DNA from: Mytilus edulis
Lineage: Eukaryota
Direction: 5' to 3'
DNA length: 64,000 nucleotides
NCBI RefSeq assembly: GCF_963676685.1
Contig: NC_092352.1
Coordinates: forward strand, 56,110,001 to 56,174,000
Shown here: piece after piece, positions 26,819 to 41,041 of the stretch
Layout: each line of letters starts with the position of its first letter
How positions within the stretch are numbered: position 1 is the first letter of the stretch
The notes under the pieces: generated by a model
What the model was told of the DNA's origin: nothing
The model's input: the letters and a program-made list of their open reading frames with translations, nothing else
The model's database searches: none
Position numbers and translations under genes: made by a program

Positions 26819-28004
26819 ATCAAAAGCTGAACACATCGAACAAATAGATAACAACTGTTATATTCATGACTTGGAACAGGCGTTTTCTTATGTAGAGCAT
26901 GGAGGGTTTAACCAGGTTTTATAGCTTGCTAAACCTCTCAAATATATGACAGTGGCATACAATTCCATTCTATAGACAAATGGATATCGATGTGCGAAAT
27001 AAAAAGACATTAAAGGTAAAAATGTCAAAATTGTAACAGTTACGTGGTATATTTTCGACTTTCCACCAAATACCTTATTGTGTCCCCCTATTCTTACATA
27101 ATTGTTAGTCCAGTTATGAACATTAGCTGACGAAATCCGCAACGGTATCCTTTATTATCTTCAAATAATGATTCTAATTGATTGTTGTTTCTACATTTAG
27201 GCCCATGATATAACATCTTCTGGAGATGATACGTTTATATCATAAATAGCTGTATGGGTAGAAAGGCTGTGAAAAGACAAACATGATAGAGGGTCATGCA
27301 ATACTTGTACAGTTCAGGTTTTTATGTAACTGTATCCGACAATAGAAAAGGACGGATTGGAAAATAAAGCGGAATTGTTTTTACATGTATGAATATTTGA
27401 TGATATTATGCTGTTAAAAGTGGTAAACATGTATTTTCTCCAATATACAGACTGGTCTGTATATTTTATGTTGCCTTTTAATTCTTTATCTTTTTAATCT
27501 AGTAAGATTGAAACCATTACGCGTTGAAAATAGAAAAGTCCTTTTATATGACTTATGATAGTTTTGAATCTGAAATTCAGGTATTTCTACATCTGCAACA
27601 TTCTACATCACAAAGAATTGGTTCGTTAATTGCAAACCAAACTTGGCAGGAATTTCCCATTTACATCCTGTTATGGTTCCTATCTTACTAGTTCAAAAAA
27701 TACCAGAACATAGCGTCATCAAATAATGAATACCCAGTCTCCATCCTTTGCCAAGTGCATAATTTCTTAAAATAATTATGCGTGAGATGTATGTATACTG
27801 ACGTCTACTAATACAACCACACTTTTCGTGAACTCATCAAACCATACTTTTAAGGAGCGCTGGCAAAAGGAACGTCCATGAAAATTGACAATGCAGACTA
27901 TATCAATAAAGGAACAAGTGAAAGACAATTGTCATACATGTGTGTCATGAAGTTCTTTCATCTCAATTTATTTGCATATCAAAACATGTATAATGTTACA
28001 TGGT

Positions 28005-28228
28005 TCATTTTCTATGTTTGTGTTTCTTTCTACAATGACGCTTAGTAGGTTTCGTTGTAGTTGCCTCCGTTATGGTGGTTGTTTGTTCGGTTGTCGTATC
28101 GGGGCTTTCAGTCGTTGTATCTGGGCAGTTTCCTCGTGGAATGATATCACTTGCATCACAAAGAATACCAGTCGGAGGAGATGTACATGTTGATGGTATG
28201 GTGCAAGGAACAGAATTCACGGGAGGTA
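28005..28228 (-). CDS. Secreted Cys/Thr-rich protein, exon 6 (last)
   Basis: Acceptor ccttttag; (L)PPVNSVPCTIPSTC...PDTTTESPDTTTEQTTTITEATTTKPTKRHCRKKHKHRK*; AATAAA ~33 nt after the stop. Confidence 0.8.
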
Positions 28229-29052
28229 CTAAAAGGATATAGAAAGATAAATAAAAACATGTAATCATGTGTTTGTTGAATCATACCAAAGTCCTAAGTG
28301 ACATTTGTCATTAAACTGTTGTATGGATGTATTTATCGATTGATGGCTGACATCCAATGACCAGTACATTCATATCCAGATACCCATGTTATTGTTAATA
28401 GAAATAGGAAGGTGTGGTATGAGTGTCAATGAGACAACTCTCCATCCAAGTAACAATTTATAAAAGTAACATATACAAACGACAACTACTGGACATCATA
28501 TTCCTGACTTAAGCCAGGTGCAAACAATTGAAGCGGGATTAAACGTTGTAATGATACTTTTCTGAAACAATAGTATAACATCACAACATAGAAAGACATA
28601 CAATAAAATATCAATTGGAATGACTTAACTCAAATATACGAATAAAATGATGTGTACCATACCTACACGTGGAATAGTTGTTACCCTATCTGAACATGGT
28701 ATGCGGTGCGTCGATACGGAAGCGCCTTGTGTTTATCGGATGGAAAGCAATAACCAATTTACAAGTCTTTGAATTGACACGATAGGGGAAAATTCGCCAT
28801 ATTTTTTTTTCCAATGATAAAATTGAGAAAGGAAATGGAGAATGTGTCAAAACGACAACAACCCTTAATGTTGGGTAATGCAAAACAATGACACTTAATG
28901 TTGGTTAATGCAAAACAAAAACGATATAAAAAACAAATACAGGAATAATGACAAAAAAAACATGTAATATTTATTTTGCTTATTCAAAAAATATACTATC
29001 ATTAGCATTTTTTCTAAAAAAATATTCAATTAAACGATTATTATATACTTAC

Positions 29053-29073
29053 ATGTTGCAGGTGTTCCGGATT
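29053..29073 (-). CDS. Secreted Cys/Thr-rich protein, exon 5 (21-nt microexon)
   Basis: ttctcttgcag|AATCCGGAACACCTGCAACAT|gtaagt; phase 1-1; encodes ESGTPAT. Confidence 0.7.
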
Positions 29074-29651
29074 CTGCAAGAGAAGTATGATAAATTATCA
29101 GAAGGCTGAAACAATAAATTTACTTTTCAGTATTATAAGTTTTGGTTATTTATATGTGTGGTCTCTTTTTTGGATAAACACAATACTTTCTTATACTTGT
29201 ACTTTCTAGATGCCTATTAACAGTGTATAACAAAAAGCTACTAGGTATGACTGAATTGCACTGAAAACATAAAATTAATACAACTTTTCCACAACATCAC
29301 ACTAAAAAATTCAAAATAAATTTCAAAAAAAGGATGTTTACGCTTTTATTACAAGCAATTCCTATTCCACCAATGACATTTCAGTGGCTCATTACAAATA
29401 CAAATACCGTCATTGGTTGTATCAAATACAATATAGGAAATATGTAGTCGACGGGTAGTTATCAAATAGACTACATTTTAGATAAATGTTGAACTGATAA
29501 TCTTCACTTCAAGATTGAAAGAAACCAACAATAATGTTTTTAAAAAATGACACACAAAGACATGACAAAGAAGAAATACCGCAACTTTTTTTTTCTGTAT
29601 AATCTTGAATTAATTGGATGTTGGAAGAAATTTAACTAGGATTGTTCTTAC

Positions 29652-29759
29652 CTACAGCTTCTACAACTCCTGTAGAACCTTCTCCCGCAACGTCATTTGC
29701 GCCACAAATTACACATATATCAGTAAATTCTCCTGTGTGGTTTGTGAAGTCTCCTTTAC
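29652..29759 (-). CDS. Secreted Cys/Thr-rich protein, exon 4
   Basis: ctctttcag|...|gtaaga; 108 nt, phase 1-1; RKGDFTNHTGEFTDICVICGANDVAGEGSTGVVEAV. Confidence 0.8.
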
Positions 29760-30626
29760 CTGAAAGAGAATCAAAAACTTTAAAAACATTATATTTGTGT
29801 AAATGAACTAGTAGATTATGAATCACGACATACACATCGAACCAACAGAATCATTACAGATTTTTTTGATAGGTTTCCCTTTGGGGTATTACACCCTACT
29901 GTTTTAAATCGGGGGGTAATAAATTAACCTTTATCTAATAGAATACAAATAAACTATACTTAAACATGTCCGTTTGGTGACAAAAGACATTATCAAATCC
30001 AATCCAACGGATACTGAAAATCATTTTTGTTTGTTCTGGCAAGTACCAGTTGAAAAGAATATTAAATGATATGATATGTATTTTGCGATGCTTTCTGATC
30101 GTTTATCAGTGATATACATAACTCATCGTACTGTGTATGGTCAACATTGCATACTTTTAATGATTCCAATATCTAATAAGATATGGTTTGTATTTTCCTT
30201 TGATTGATTTGCATATTTGTCATGTCGGCTCCCTTAATTGCTGAATTTAGCATGTATTAGATAGTTGATTTGTGCATCGTTAAAGGTTTAAGTTGAATTG
30301 CTGATGCTAAAATATTAATTTTTGTCTCCGGTAGATAGTTGCCTCATTGTCTAAGATAGCATATTTCCGCACTTTTATATCAGATAAATCACAACATGCA
30401 AGTGATATAATGATAGAAAATCTAATTAATTCTATTGTCATGTATGTACTTTTGGGGTTTATCTTTTGAATTTATCAGTATTTATGTTGATAAGACTGAA
30501 AACAAACACAAAAAAGCATTATCAAAACATTTTCAGTAGAAAAAAAACCTTGAATGTAACAAGCAAACTTTTGTCTTTTAGAATCTTATTATATATCAAA
30601 ATGATCAACAATATATAAACACGTAC

Positions 30627-30712
30627 GTTCTAATAGAAATTTAAACTTCACAGGGCTCCCAATGTCATAAAAGATTGTAAAACAAACATAATCGTCAATT
30701 TCCTGCTTCATC
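30627..30712 (-). CDS. Secreted Cys/Thr-rich protein, exon 3
   Basis: cttttgtag|...|gtacgt; 86 nt, phase 2-1; MKQEIDDYVCFTIFYDIGSPVKFKFLLE. Confidence 0.75.
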
Positions 30713-32358
30713 CTACAAAAGTAAATTCTATAATATTCTTGGTCAAATCACAGTAACATGAACATCTAAACATGATTTTATTAAATTAAACATTTGCTTT
30801 GTTATTTTGACCGTTATTTTTGTACCAAGTCAGAAATACGACATTCGTTGTCGATTCGGTTGATGAGTTTGAGTTTTTGATTTTTCCATTTGATAAGGGA
30901 CTTTCTGTTTTGAATTTTCCTCGGAGTTCAATTTTTTTCTGATTTTACTTTTTGAAATGACGATTCAAAAACGATATTACGATTTTTTATACTGGTAACT
31001 ATGGTCAGTCACTATGGTAGACGACACATCTAATGCACTTTATTTCAAAACCAACCTTTAAGGGTTTCGAGTTACTGAATTTTTCAGAGGAATTTTTTAC
31101 GAACTGTATTTTTTAACATGATACCGAGCTGTCCACTTTTTCGATTATTTAAAAGATTTTAAACACCTTTGCATTTTTGTTAAACCTTTAATTAACCAAT
31201 AAAACAAATGTTTAACAACAAAAGTTTACAACTTATGTCAATAGAAATATTCGCTATACAGATAGTATTTCAAAATACAAAAATGGTATTGACATATCAA
31301 TCATAAACAGATCATCAAATGACAATACTCTTCAATTAATTAATACACATACATTTAAATGGTGTCTCAACTATTTGGTTCAGGGCATCAAAGTCCTTGT
31401 ATTGAACATGGTAGAAGCAAAATTTGTTTCATTGATAGAAATCGATGTTATAATTCAGAGTTAAACATATTTCTTCCCAAAAATTCTAATTGTCTTCAAG
31501 ATGTCTAACAATCATGTCTTAAACAAAGATATGAATATGGATACAAAATACAGTCCGACTAAAGCAATCCTCATTATTCATTTGAGTTTGTAATGCAAAA
31601 TGTGGATAGTGTGCTGGCTTCAGTCGGGTTTTTACAAAATATTAAGTGATATCTTTTCTTAGTTTGGTCACAGACCATCTGATATTTCCGTCGTAAAAAA
31701 TAAAGATAATAATCAGAATGACAAAATAATAATCCTAATGACAAAATATTAACTCAAGTAAGTAAGAACACCTAAGCGTATTAACTCTTAAAAACCAGTT
31801 GTGCGCTTTAATCCCATATTATTATTAAGCAGAAATCAAGCTTTTGAACGACAAAATTAGTTTTTGTCAAGCTGCTTTATAGCCAACCAAATTATTCCTG
31901 TAAATTGTGCTGTTCAAATTTCTAGAAATTTTCAAATTTTTGTTAATACGTCAAAGTAAATATTTTATCAAATTTTATGAAAGTTAAACGAGTCAAATCT
32001 ATTTTTATTCAAAATGTTAGGTACCCCTTAAACAATCCAAAAAGAAATGAGGAATAGTTTCCAATTTGACTTCTAGCTGTTACATTAAACAAAATAGGCC
32101 AAAACGACTTGAATCTAAGCGTTTATAATTTTATTCGTTTGTGCATATCGACATCAAAGCTGACAGGTATGTTCTGAAGTGATTACACCCCTCTTCATCT
32201 ATCAATATAACTAGGACACATGTCAAAGTATTTAGGAATTCTTCCGGTTTTTTTTTCGTTTTTTATTTTATTTCAGAGGACAGGTTGATCTTTATTGCTT
32301 TAATGACTGAGATTTATCCACAACATCAAGGAAAACAAAATATAAAACATTGACATAC

Positions 32359-32521
32359 CTAACAATAAGAAAGCGTTCTGTTATTTGATGACACCGCAAT
32401 ATTACAGAGCCACCATAAATACTTGTTTCACCATCACTACTAAATTTCCATGTGCCTCCATTGATATTAAATGTTTTGTTGCGCCATTCACAGGGAAATT
32501 TGCATGGAAACTCCGTGATGC
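32359..32521 (-). CDS. Secreted Cys/Thr-rich protein, exon 2
   Basis: atttcag|...|gtatgt; 163 nt, phase 1-2; ITEFPCKFPCEWRNKTFNINGGTWKFSSDGETSIYGGSVILRCHQITERFLIVR. Confidence 0.8.
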
Positions 32522-33224
32522 CTGAAATTTGAAGTTGATGATATTGGAAAATATAATTTGAAGTTGATGATATTGGAAAATATAATATGTGAACATGAAA
32601 AAACTTTCAATACATTAATTATTTTTATCTTTTTTATCTTTTTACTGAAATATACTACCTTGTCACACTACAAATACTACATTGGACTATCTTAATACAG
32701 TTGGTGGCAGACCAAACATTACATGTAGACGGGCGTGCACTACATGTAAACGCCATATTAACTCCGAAACTTCCGTAGACAAAAAAGTAAACAGGTGATA
32801 TGACCAAAAAAATCTAATAAAATCAGTCAAATTATTCTTAGTTCAGCTTTGGCTGAGGAAGTTTCAACACTAGTTTTTGAAAATATAAATAAGAGCACAA
32901 GCGAACATATATATTCCTTTTACGTACATCATTATTTACACTGAAATAGTCTACATCATGATAACTTTAATACACAGTGATTTGATTGATTAATAGGTAC
33001 TTTTCCATCCCAAATTCATGTATTTAGTTTTGATGTTATATTTGTTACTCTCGGATTTTGTATAATGCTTAGTTCGTTTCTGTGTGTGTTACATTTTAAT
33101 GTTGTGTCGTCATTCTCCTCTTATATTAAATGCGTTTCCCTCAGTTTTGAGGTGTGACCCGGATTTGTTTTTTTTTTCTATCGATTTATCAGTTTTGAAC
33201 ATCGGTATACTAATGTTGCCTTTA

Positions 33225-33485
33225 TTTGACGCCACTGTCAGCACTATTGTACTTTTTCGTGGCGGTCAGTTTTTTGTTTGTTTTTTGTTTTGTGTGGAGG
33301 AAATCGGAGTTCCCGGAGATAACCTCCGATCTTGGGTGGGAAAACTGACAAACATAGTCTATTAAGATTGAAGTGGATGTGCGTACCTGCCACGGTCGGG
33401 ATTCGAACGGACAACCTCATCAGCGATGACAGGCTATTGATATAGTAGTAACAAGCTCCTTAGCCCATTCGGTCAATAAGGCCCC
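33225..33485 (-). mobile_element. tRNA-derived SINE (degenerate)
   Basis: Minus-strand tRNA-like head with a GTTCGAATCC B box, then a central TCTCCGGGAACTCCGATTTCCTCCAC motif (V/Meta-SINE-like core). Confidence 0.65.
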
Positions 33486-34197
33486 GTGTTTAATTAAATA
33501 TTTTATTACAACTTGGTGATAATATTATAGAGTCTTCCTTGTTTATGCTTCGAAAAGCACATGTAGCATAGCACATGGCAAATTGTTTTTAAACTCTATG
33601 AAAGCTGCAATAAACGTTTCTTTTTTTTATTATTTCAAACAGACAACAATAGATATGGAAGATGCAGTATGAGTACCAATGAGACAACTCTCCATCCAAG
33701 TCACACTATACAAAAGTAAACCATTGTAATTCAAGGTACGGTCTTTAACACGGAGCCTAGGTTCACACTGAACAGCAAGCTATAAAGGACCTCAAAAATT
33801 ACTATTGTAAAACCATTCAAACGGGAAAACCAACGGTCTAATCTACATAAAAAACGAGAAACGATAAACACTTATGAACTACATAAACAAACGACAATGT
33901 TTATAATTGTTTCTTACGTCTTATCGGGATTGAAAACAACGACGTCATTGAATTTCATTCTTAAGAAATCAATTTTCGACTGATGGCTTGAAAATTTGTC
34001 TTGTAAAATTACAGTGATAAGTTATGCTTTTAACTGACAGTGGTACTATCGTTGGATTGTTCAAATGACTATCAATTTCATTTCATTTGAAAGTGGGGTT
34101 TTCCGGTTTTCCATTTGTAGGACTTATATATATATGGGAACTTGTATAACTAGTTCTGATACTATGTACGTAATATCAATAAAGTTGGATGTTCTGT

Positions 34198-36201
34198 CAC
34201 TACAAACCATTAAAAGTCTGAAATGGCCTATATCTGTACTCGACTGTACTGATTTTTACTCGACCAGTCTGAATTCGTCTGAGATTTACTTGATAGTACT
34301 CGACTGTAGTCTGAACCATACCTAACAGTCTGAATGTGTACTTAACCATTTTATAGGAGTCTGAACCGTACTCGACCTAGTCTGAACCGTATTCAACCTA
34401 GTCTGAACCGTACTCGACCTAGTCTGAACCATACTCGACCTAGTCTGAACCATACTAGACCAAGTCTTAACCAACCTAGACCTATTCTTTGTATCTATCA
34501 ACTGAATTTTATCAATTTAGGAATCTTTTAATAAAAATGAAATTTGAACAGCAACTTGAAATTAAAAATGTATTCAATACAGTATTGAAATTAAAATTTC
34601 ACAATAATCAATCATAATATAACTTCAACTCAATATTAATCAACACTTACATAATGATGTATATGTATATGTATATTTTCAATATTATTCAAAATTTTAT
34701 AAATTTTCGGAAGTATTTTATGGTAACTGGACTATTTTCACCATTAACTTAAGCCTAGTATAGATATATGGTGTCAGTTGAGTTCAGGTAATAATGCAGT
34801 GAATGTTTTTATTAAGATATATATAAAATAGTATATAATACAACTTAATAAATTTAAAAAAAAAAATGAGAGCTTAATTGTTTTGTTTTATTAAACCAAG
34901 AATTTAATATAATCATGATAATAGAATTTTCATAGCAATCAAATAAGTCAACATGACCGAAATGGTCAGTTGACCCCTTAAGGAGTTATTGCCCTTTATA
35001 GTCAATTTTTAACCATTTTTCGTAAATCTTAGTAATCTTTTACAAAAATCTTCTCCTCTGAAACTACTAGGCTAAATTAATCCAAACTTGGCCACAATCA
35101 TCTTTGGGGTATGTAGTTTAAACAATGTGTCCGGTGACCCGGCCATCCAACCAAGATGGCTGCCACGGCTAAATATAGGACATAGGGGTAAAATGCAGTT
35201 TTTGGCTTATAACTCAAAAATCAAAATATTTAGAGCAAATCTGACGGAGCGAAATTGTTTATCATGTCAAGATCTATCTGCCCTGAAATTTTCAGATGGA
35301 TCCGACAACCGGTTGTTGGGTTGCTGCCCCATAATTGGTAATTTAAGAAAATTTTGACGTTTTTTGTTATTATCTTGAATATTATTATAGATAGAGATAA
35401 ACTGTAAACAGCAATAATGTACAGCAAGGTAAGACCTAAAGATAAGTCAAACATGACAAAAATGGTCAGTTGACCCCCTAAGGAGTTATTGTCCTTTATA
35501 GTCAATTTTTAACAATTTTCATAAAATTTGTAAATTTTTACTAACATTTTCCACTGAAACTACTGGGCCCAGATCATTATAGATAGAGATAATTGTAAGG
35601 AGCAAGAATGTTCAGTAAAGTAAGATGTACAAACACATCACCATCACCTAAACACAATTTTGTCATGAATCCATCTGCTTCCTTTGTTTAATATTCACAT
35701 ATACCAAGGTGAGCGACACAGGCTCTTTAGAGCCTCTAGTTTATATAAGCTATATATAATATATTTTTTTTTATCCTAAATATAATCAGAGATATATTTC
35801 TTTTATAAGGTTAATTTTTTTATAAATATTGTTGGCTGTTGTTATATATATATATATATATATAAGTTAAAAAGAAATTTATTTTAAAAGTTTTTTGGTC
35901 TAGTATGGTTCAGACTGGTCGAGTATTGTTCAGACCTTTGGTTAAGTATGGTTTAGACTGGAAAAATAGGTCAAGTACATGTCGAGAATGGGTTAAGACT
36001 GTTTCAGACTGGTCGAGTAATAGTTCAGACTATTTTCAACGGCAAAGATAAGGGTCAAGTACGATTCAGTACAGTCAAGTATGGTTCAGACTGGGGTCGA
36101 TTAATGTCAAGTAAAAGTCAGACCAATTCAGACTGGTCGAGTAAAAATCAGTACAGTCGAGTACAGATATAGGCCATTTCAGACTTTAATGGTTTGTAGT
36201 G
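34198..36201. mobile_element. Non-autonomous CACTA (EnSpm)-like element with ~78-bp TIRs and 21-bp subterminal repeats
   Basis: CACTACAAACCATTAAAAGTCTGAAATGGCC... at 34198 and its reverse complement ending TTTGTAGTG at 36201; tandem AGTCTGAACCGTACTCGACCT units at 34358-34480; flanks TGT/TCT (imperfect 3-bp TSD). Confidence 0.85.
34939..35741 (+). mobile_element. Helentron-associated interspersed element (HINE-like), 5'-truncated, nested in the CACTA element
   Basis: 3' end AGGTGAGCGACACAGGCTCTTTAGAGCCTCTAGTT (subterminal IR plus short hairpin); internal core repeats at ~34946 and ~35446. Confidence 0.7.
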
Positions 36202-37056
36202 TCTGCATAAGGCACGAGAAAAGTTTTTGCGGTATCTATGGGTAGGGTGTTATTTAGCAAATGTACCTGACCATATCGGGAAATAGGTATTTAGTCGGAT
36301 CTTAACACGTACTTGTGATTTGGTTAAAACCGGTTTTCATAAAAATAAACGAAGAAATGTCGAAATGTTCAGGACTTAATTAAATCCGTATTTCGGTAAG
36401 ATGGTGCAAGCATACGATTTTTAATGCATCTTACACTTTGAGAAGCGAATAATCTTTAACTACTTTATTCAAATATTGTGTAAAAACGTTAATTATGAGC
36501 TATAAAAGTCAGGTGGCTCGAGCATTTTTCTGAGGAAGTTTTAAAAAATTGCAAAGAAATATTTTTACAGTGGGTTAGCTTTCATTGGTCTTCACTATCT
36601 ATAGATTAACAACTTTTGGTTATTTTTATAATTAAGAATCATCATTGAAGATGGAGTACGCTTGCACAGTTAATTAATTATATTGATGTGCCATTTGTAT
36701 GCAAGAGTGACATTCCGTTGTATTATGTGCCAATTCGAAAAAGTTATGCGAGTATTGTCTCCCTTTAACAGGTTCATTATTTTATAATTAAGTTTAGGTT
36801 TCTGATAAAATTTTGAATAATTAAAAAATGTATCAAGAGAGTGATGTCCCTTTGTAAATGGACGTGTGAGTTTTTGTGCAGCGGAAAATTAATTTAAACT
36901 CCTTAATATATTGGATATTTCTGGTGCCAATTTTTTGAAGATTTTCATATATTTGTTCTTCAAAAGGATTTAGAAAACAAAGATAGTGACATTTTGCACA
37001 GTATATGCATAATTTGACTTGTTTATGTGTCCTGTTGTGACATCCTGATATCAAAA

Positions 37057-38513
37057 ATGTCGAGGGTAAGCAGACAATTATCCATACATTTTTACACCAA
37101 AGGTTTCAAAGGGATAAAACACGATGACAAATACATATAAACAATGTTGGATCTATACAAATTACAGAAAAAGATTGTATTGTGTCTCTTAAAGACGTAG
37201 AGTCAAAAGATACGTTGGTAGTAAATGGTATAACATTAAGGAACAGGTCAGTTAACTTTTTAGATGTAGAAAAGTCAATAACACATGTTACCATAAAAGA
37301 TGCTCTGTACGAGTTTGACAATCGTGATATTGTTGCACAAATGATTAGATTTAGTCAAATTGTTCCCGGCTCTGTCAAAAGAGGTTATATAAAAGGAACC
37401 GAAATAGAAAATGGGGCACGGTATATTGATATATTGAACTGCGATCCTGTTCTTCCTCTCAGAACTAGCCTAGGCCGCTTTGAAGTTCGCCTATTTGCTG
37501 ACAATAACCGTACACCATGCTTTCATTGTAAGTTGATCGGTCATTCCTCATATCAAGATCGTCCAAAAATTATGAATGAGCGAAGGTGCTATAACTGTGC
37601 TGCTATTGGTCATTTAGCTAATGCTTGTCCGAATGAAGCGTATTGCTCTTACTGCAACATAAATGGGCATTCTAGACGAGACTGTGAAAGTTTTAAGCAA
37701 GACCAGGAAAATCAAGGTTATAGTAAGCATGGTCCGGAAATAATTGAGGGTAGACAAGAAACCAAATTAGATACACATTCAGATACACATTCAGTTTGTG
37801 ATAACGACACCTTTTCCGAAAGTGGGAAAAATGACACTACAGATACGCTAAATGTCCTTATAGGCGCGTCCAATTGTACAAGACTCGGCGAAACCAATGA
37901 AAATTTATTGAATGCTTCAAAATCAGGTGCAAATTTTGAAAATTTCACACAAATTTTAGACATTGCTGTTCAGAAAACAGATAGTTTTAAAGTGGATAAG
38001 GTTGCTATTTGTCTCGGTATAAATGATATAAGTAAACATAAGGATGACAGTGACCAAATAAATTTACTTGTGACAAAAGCAGTGGCTCAAGTGAAATCCG
38101 CCTATCCAGAGTCGCATGTCGGTCTTTGTAGCATCATTCCACGTAAAGGTAACACTAGTGCGCAAATAAATAGATTAAACCTATCGGCAACAAGCGTTAA
38201 CAAATTTATAAGAAAATTGTGCGCTCGCGAAGACAATGTAGATTATGTTGATTTAGAGAAATTGTTCTATAAAAATGGAACAATCATCAGATCTATGTTT
38301 GACAAAGCCGACAACAGCGGTGTGCATATAAACACTGAAGGTGCACAAAATATAAACAGAAAACTTGACGATTTCTTTCATTATCCGAAACCGTGCGTAC
38401 AGGAACTACACACACCAATGGACACAAAACGTAAGAGAAGCGACGGAACAACGACACCTACCTCCGCGGATAGAATGAGCAAGCGATCCAATACTGAACC
38501 TAAAAAAGCTTAA
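37057..38513 (+). pseudogene. LINE ORF1: RRM-like region, CCHC zinc knuckles and SGNH esterase domain (lesion near the N-terminus)
   Basis: CYNCAAIGHLANAC, CSYCNINGHSRRDC and a degenerate CFHCKLIGH; esterase blocks VLIGASN, SGA, LGINDI, SGVH. 443-aa open stretch 37182-38513. Confidence 0.85.
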
Positions 38514-41041
38514 CTCAAAATATGTCAAATCAAACTGTATTATTTTAATAAGAAATCAAAAACCTAAAACTGAAGAAAAAAAATGCATGCCTGAGTTTTT
38601 AAATTTTGTATATTTGTCCACTACTTTCAAACATCATATTTGTATATTGTTTCTATTGATTGTAGACTGTAGTTTTTATTTCATATATCATATGCATAAA
38701 AATAACTGTTTCAGGAAAGGTGAGCAGTATAAAGTCAAATTATTTAATATTTATGATAGATTGTTATGTTTAACCAAATACGGTTATGTAAACGCATTAT
38801 ATGTGATATGTAATGTATATAGTGTACATGTATGTGTTAAAGTTAACGTAAAGGTAATTACTCTTTATGAAGTTAAAAGTCTATTGTTTGGAAACAAAAT
38901 TAAAGATCATCACGTGTCATTAAACGTTACATCAAAAGTAAACAAAATTACCTTTTCAAATTTCTACAATGAGTATAAAAATAGCATCAATAAACGTAAA
39001 TGGATTAAGAAATGTTAATAAATGACATTAGTTTTTAATTGGATTGTTTCACAAAACATAGATCTTGTATGTTTACAAGAAACACATTGTACACAGAACC
39101 AAAATTGGCTTTGGAGCAAAGAATGGAAAGAATACGGGAGTGGTAAAAGTTTCTGGAATTGTGGTACAAACGAATCAAGAGGTGTGGGAATTTTATTAAA
39201 GAAAGATTTTACGTTTAGCTTTGATGTCTCAATGATAGATGATAAAAGTAGAATGCAAATTGGTGAATTTAAAACTAACACTGCGGTTTATCATATATTT
39301 AATTTGTATAGCCCAAATAAGGGTTCTGAAAGGAAACATTTTTTTGAAAACCAGAAAAACTTTTAAAATGAATTGTATTTAGATGATGGCACAGATCATT
39401 AAATTATTTTTTTAGGAGATTTTAATTGTGCGATAGATAGAAAACTAGATAGGTCCAATTTACACCAAAAGGATGATACAGGCTTAAACGAGTTAAAAAG
39501 TCTTCTATTGAATTTTGATTTAGATGATATATGGCGATCTAAATTTCCAACAAATAGACGGTATAGTTTTCAAAGAGGTAATTCAAAATCACGAATAGAT
39601 TATATTTTTGTACGAAATCCCTTAGCTGCAAAATTTTAAACACACGTATAATCACATTTCCATTTAGTGATCATGACATAGTTACTTCAAAAATAAAATT
39701 AGATGATATTGAAAGAGGACCGGGAATGTGGATCATGAATCTAAATACAATTAAGACTGATGAATTTTCAAATGCATTTAAAATGTTTTGGGAAAATTGG
39801 GTTAAAAGCAAAAACTGATTCAATAGCATTCAAGAGTGGTGGGATGTTACAAAATCAAAAATTAAATTTTTGACCATGGAAATTAGTCAAAAACTAAAAC
39901 GTTTATCAAAACAAAATGTCATTGCTTTAGACAGCTTGAAAAATTGAAACTTCAATTAAACGAATCAAATGAATCATGTGACAAAAGTTTAGAATTAGAA
40001 AATAAAATTAAGGAATATTATACTAAAAAAACAGTTTCCGCAAAAATTAGATCACGAACTAAATGGGCCGAAGACGGGGAGAAGTCGACAAAATACTTTT
40101 TTAATTTAGAAAAGAAAAATGGGCAGAATAAATTATGGCAACGTGTAAAAACAGAAAACGGTGAGTATAAATGTGACATTGATTCAATCTTAAATGAACA
40201 AGTAAAATTTTATACTAAAGTTTTTGCCACGGAAGGATGGGACAAAACAGCGGGCGAACAACTTTGTCAATTTATGGTAGACAAGGTAAGTAAGGAAGAT
40301 CAAGAAATGATAGATAGAGATATAAATATCTCTGAAGTAGAAAAGGTACTAAAATTACTTAAACAAAACAAATCACCTGGCGAAGATGGTATAATATCAG
40401 AATTTTATGTTTTATACTGGGATATAATTAAAGACGATTTCTTTAACTTACTACAAGAAATATTTAATGATACTATATTGAGTAACTCTCAACATAAGGG
40501 GGTCTTAACCTTATAACATAAAGGAGGGGAAAGGGAAAATATAAAAAATTGGAGACCACTAACTTTACTTAATTGTGATTATAAAATTATTGCAAAGATT
40601 TTATCTGAAAGACTTAAAATAGTATTGCCTAAAATTATTCATACCAATCAGAAGGGGTTTATTAAAGGTGGGAATATAAGCGAGGCTAACCGAATGATTC
40701 AGGACATTATATAATATATTGACAACGAAGTTGAAGAAGGAATAATATTATTTTTGGATCAACAAAAAGCGTTTGATAGGGTTGAATGGGAATGGATAGA
40801 TTTTGTATTGGAGAAAATTGAATTTGGTGGGAAATTTAGAGCATGGATAAAGATGCTATTATACAATGCTACTACGTGTATCAAAACTAATGGGTTTGTA
40901 TCAAGATACTTTTCGATTACTCGCTCCGCTAGGCAAGGGTGTCCAATAGCGCCTCTCTTTTATATCATACAAGCTAAACCCATGGCATGTGTTTTGTTAT
41001 AATAAAACACCCATGCAACCACGCATCCCATATTGCTGATA

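Noticed and set aside
29833-30050. Additional exon candidates between exons 3 and 4 (also ~31352-31400, between exons 2 and 3)
   Set aside because: Phases are incompatible or stops occur; exons 2, 3 and 4 already join in frame.
32659-32719. Nearby candidate first exon (ATGTTTGGTCTG...CAAG|gtag) for the secreted-protein gene
   Set aside because: Two in-frame stops in the required phase and no signal peptide; the exon at 48465-48519 fits better.
34358-34480. 21-bp repeats as a CRISPR-like array
   Set aside because: No unique spacers and eukaryotic context; they are subterminal repeats of the CACTA element.
38587-39018. 143-aa ORF between LINE ORF1 and ORF2
   Set aside because: Low-complexity AT-rich inter-ORF spacer running into the frameshifted ORF2 start; no domain signal.
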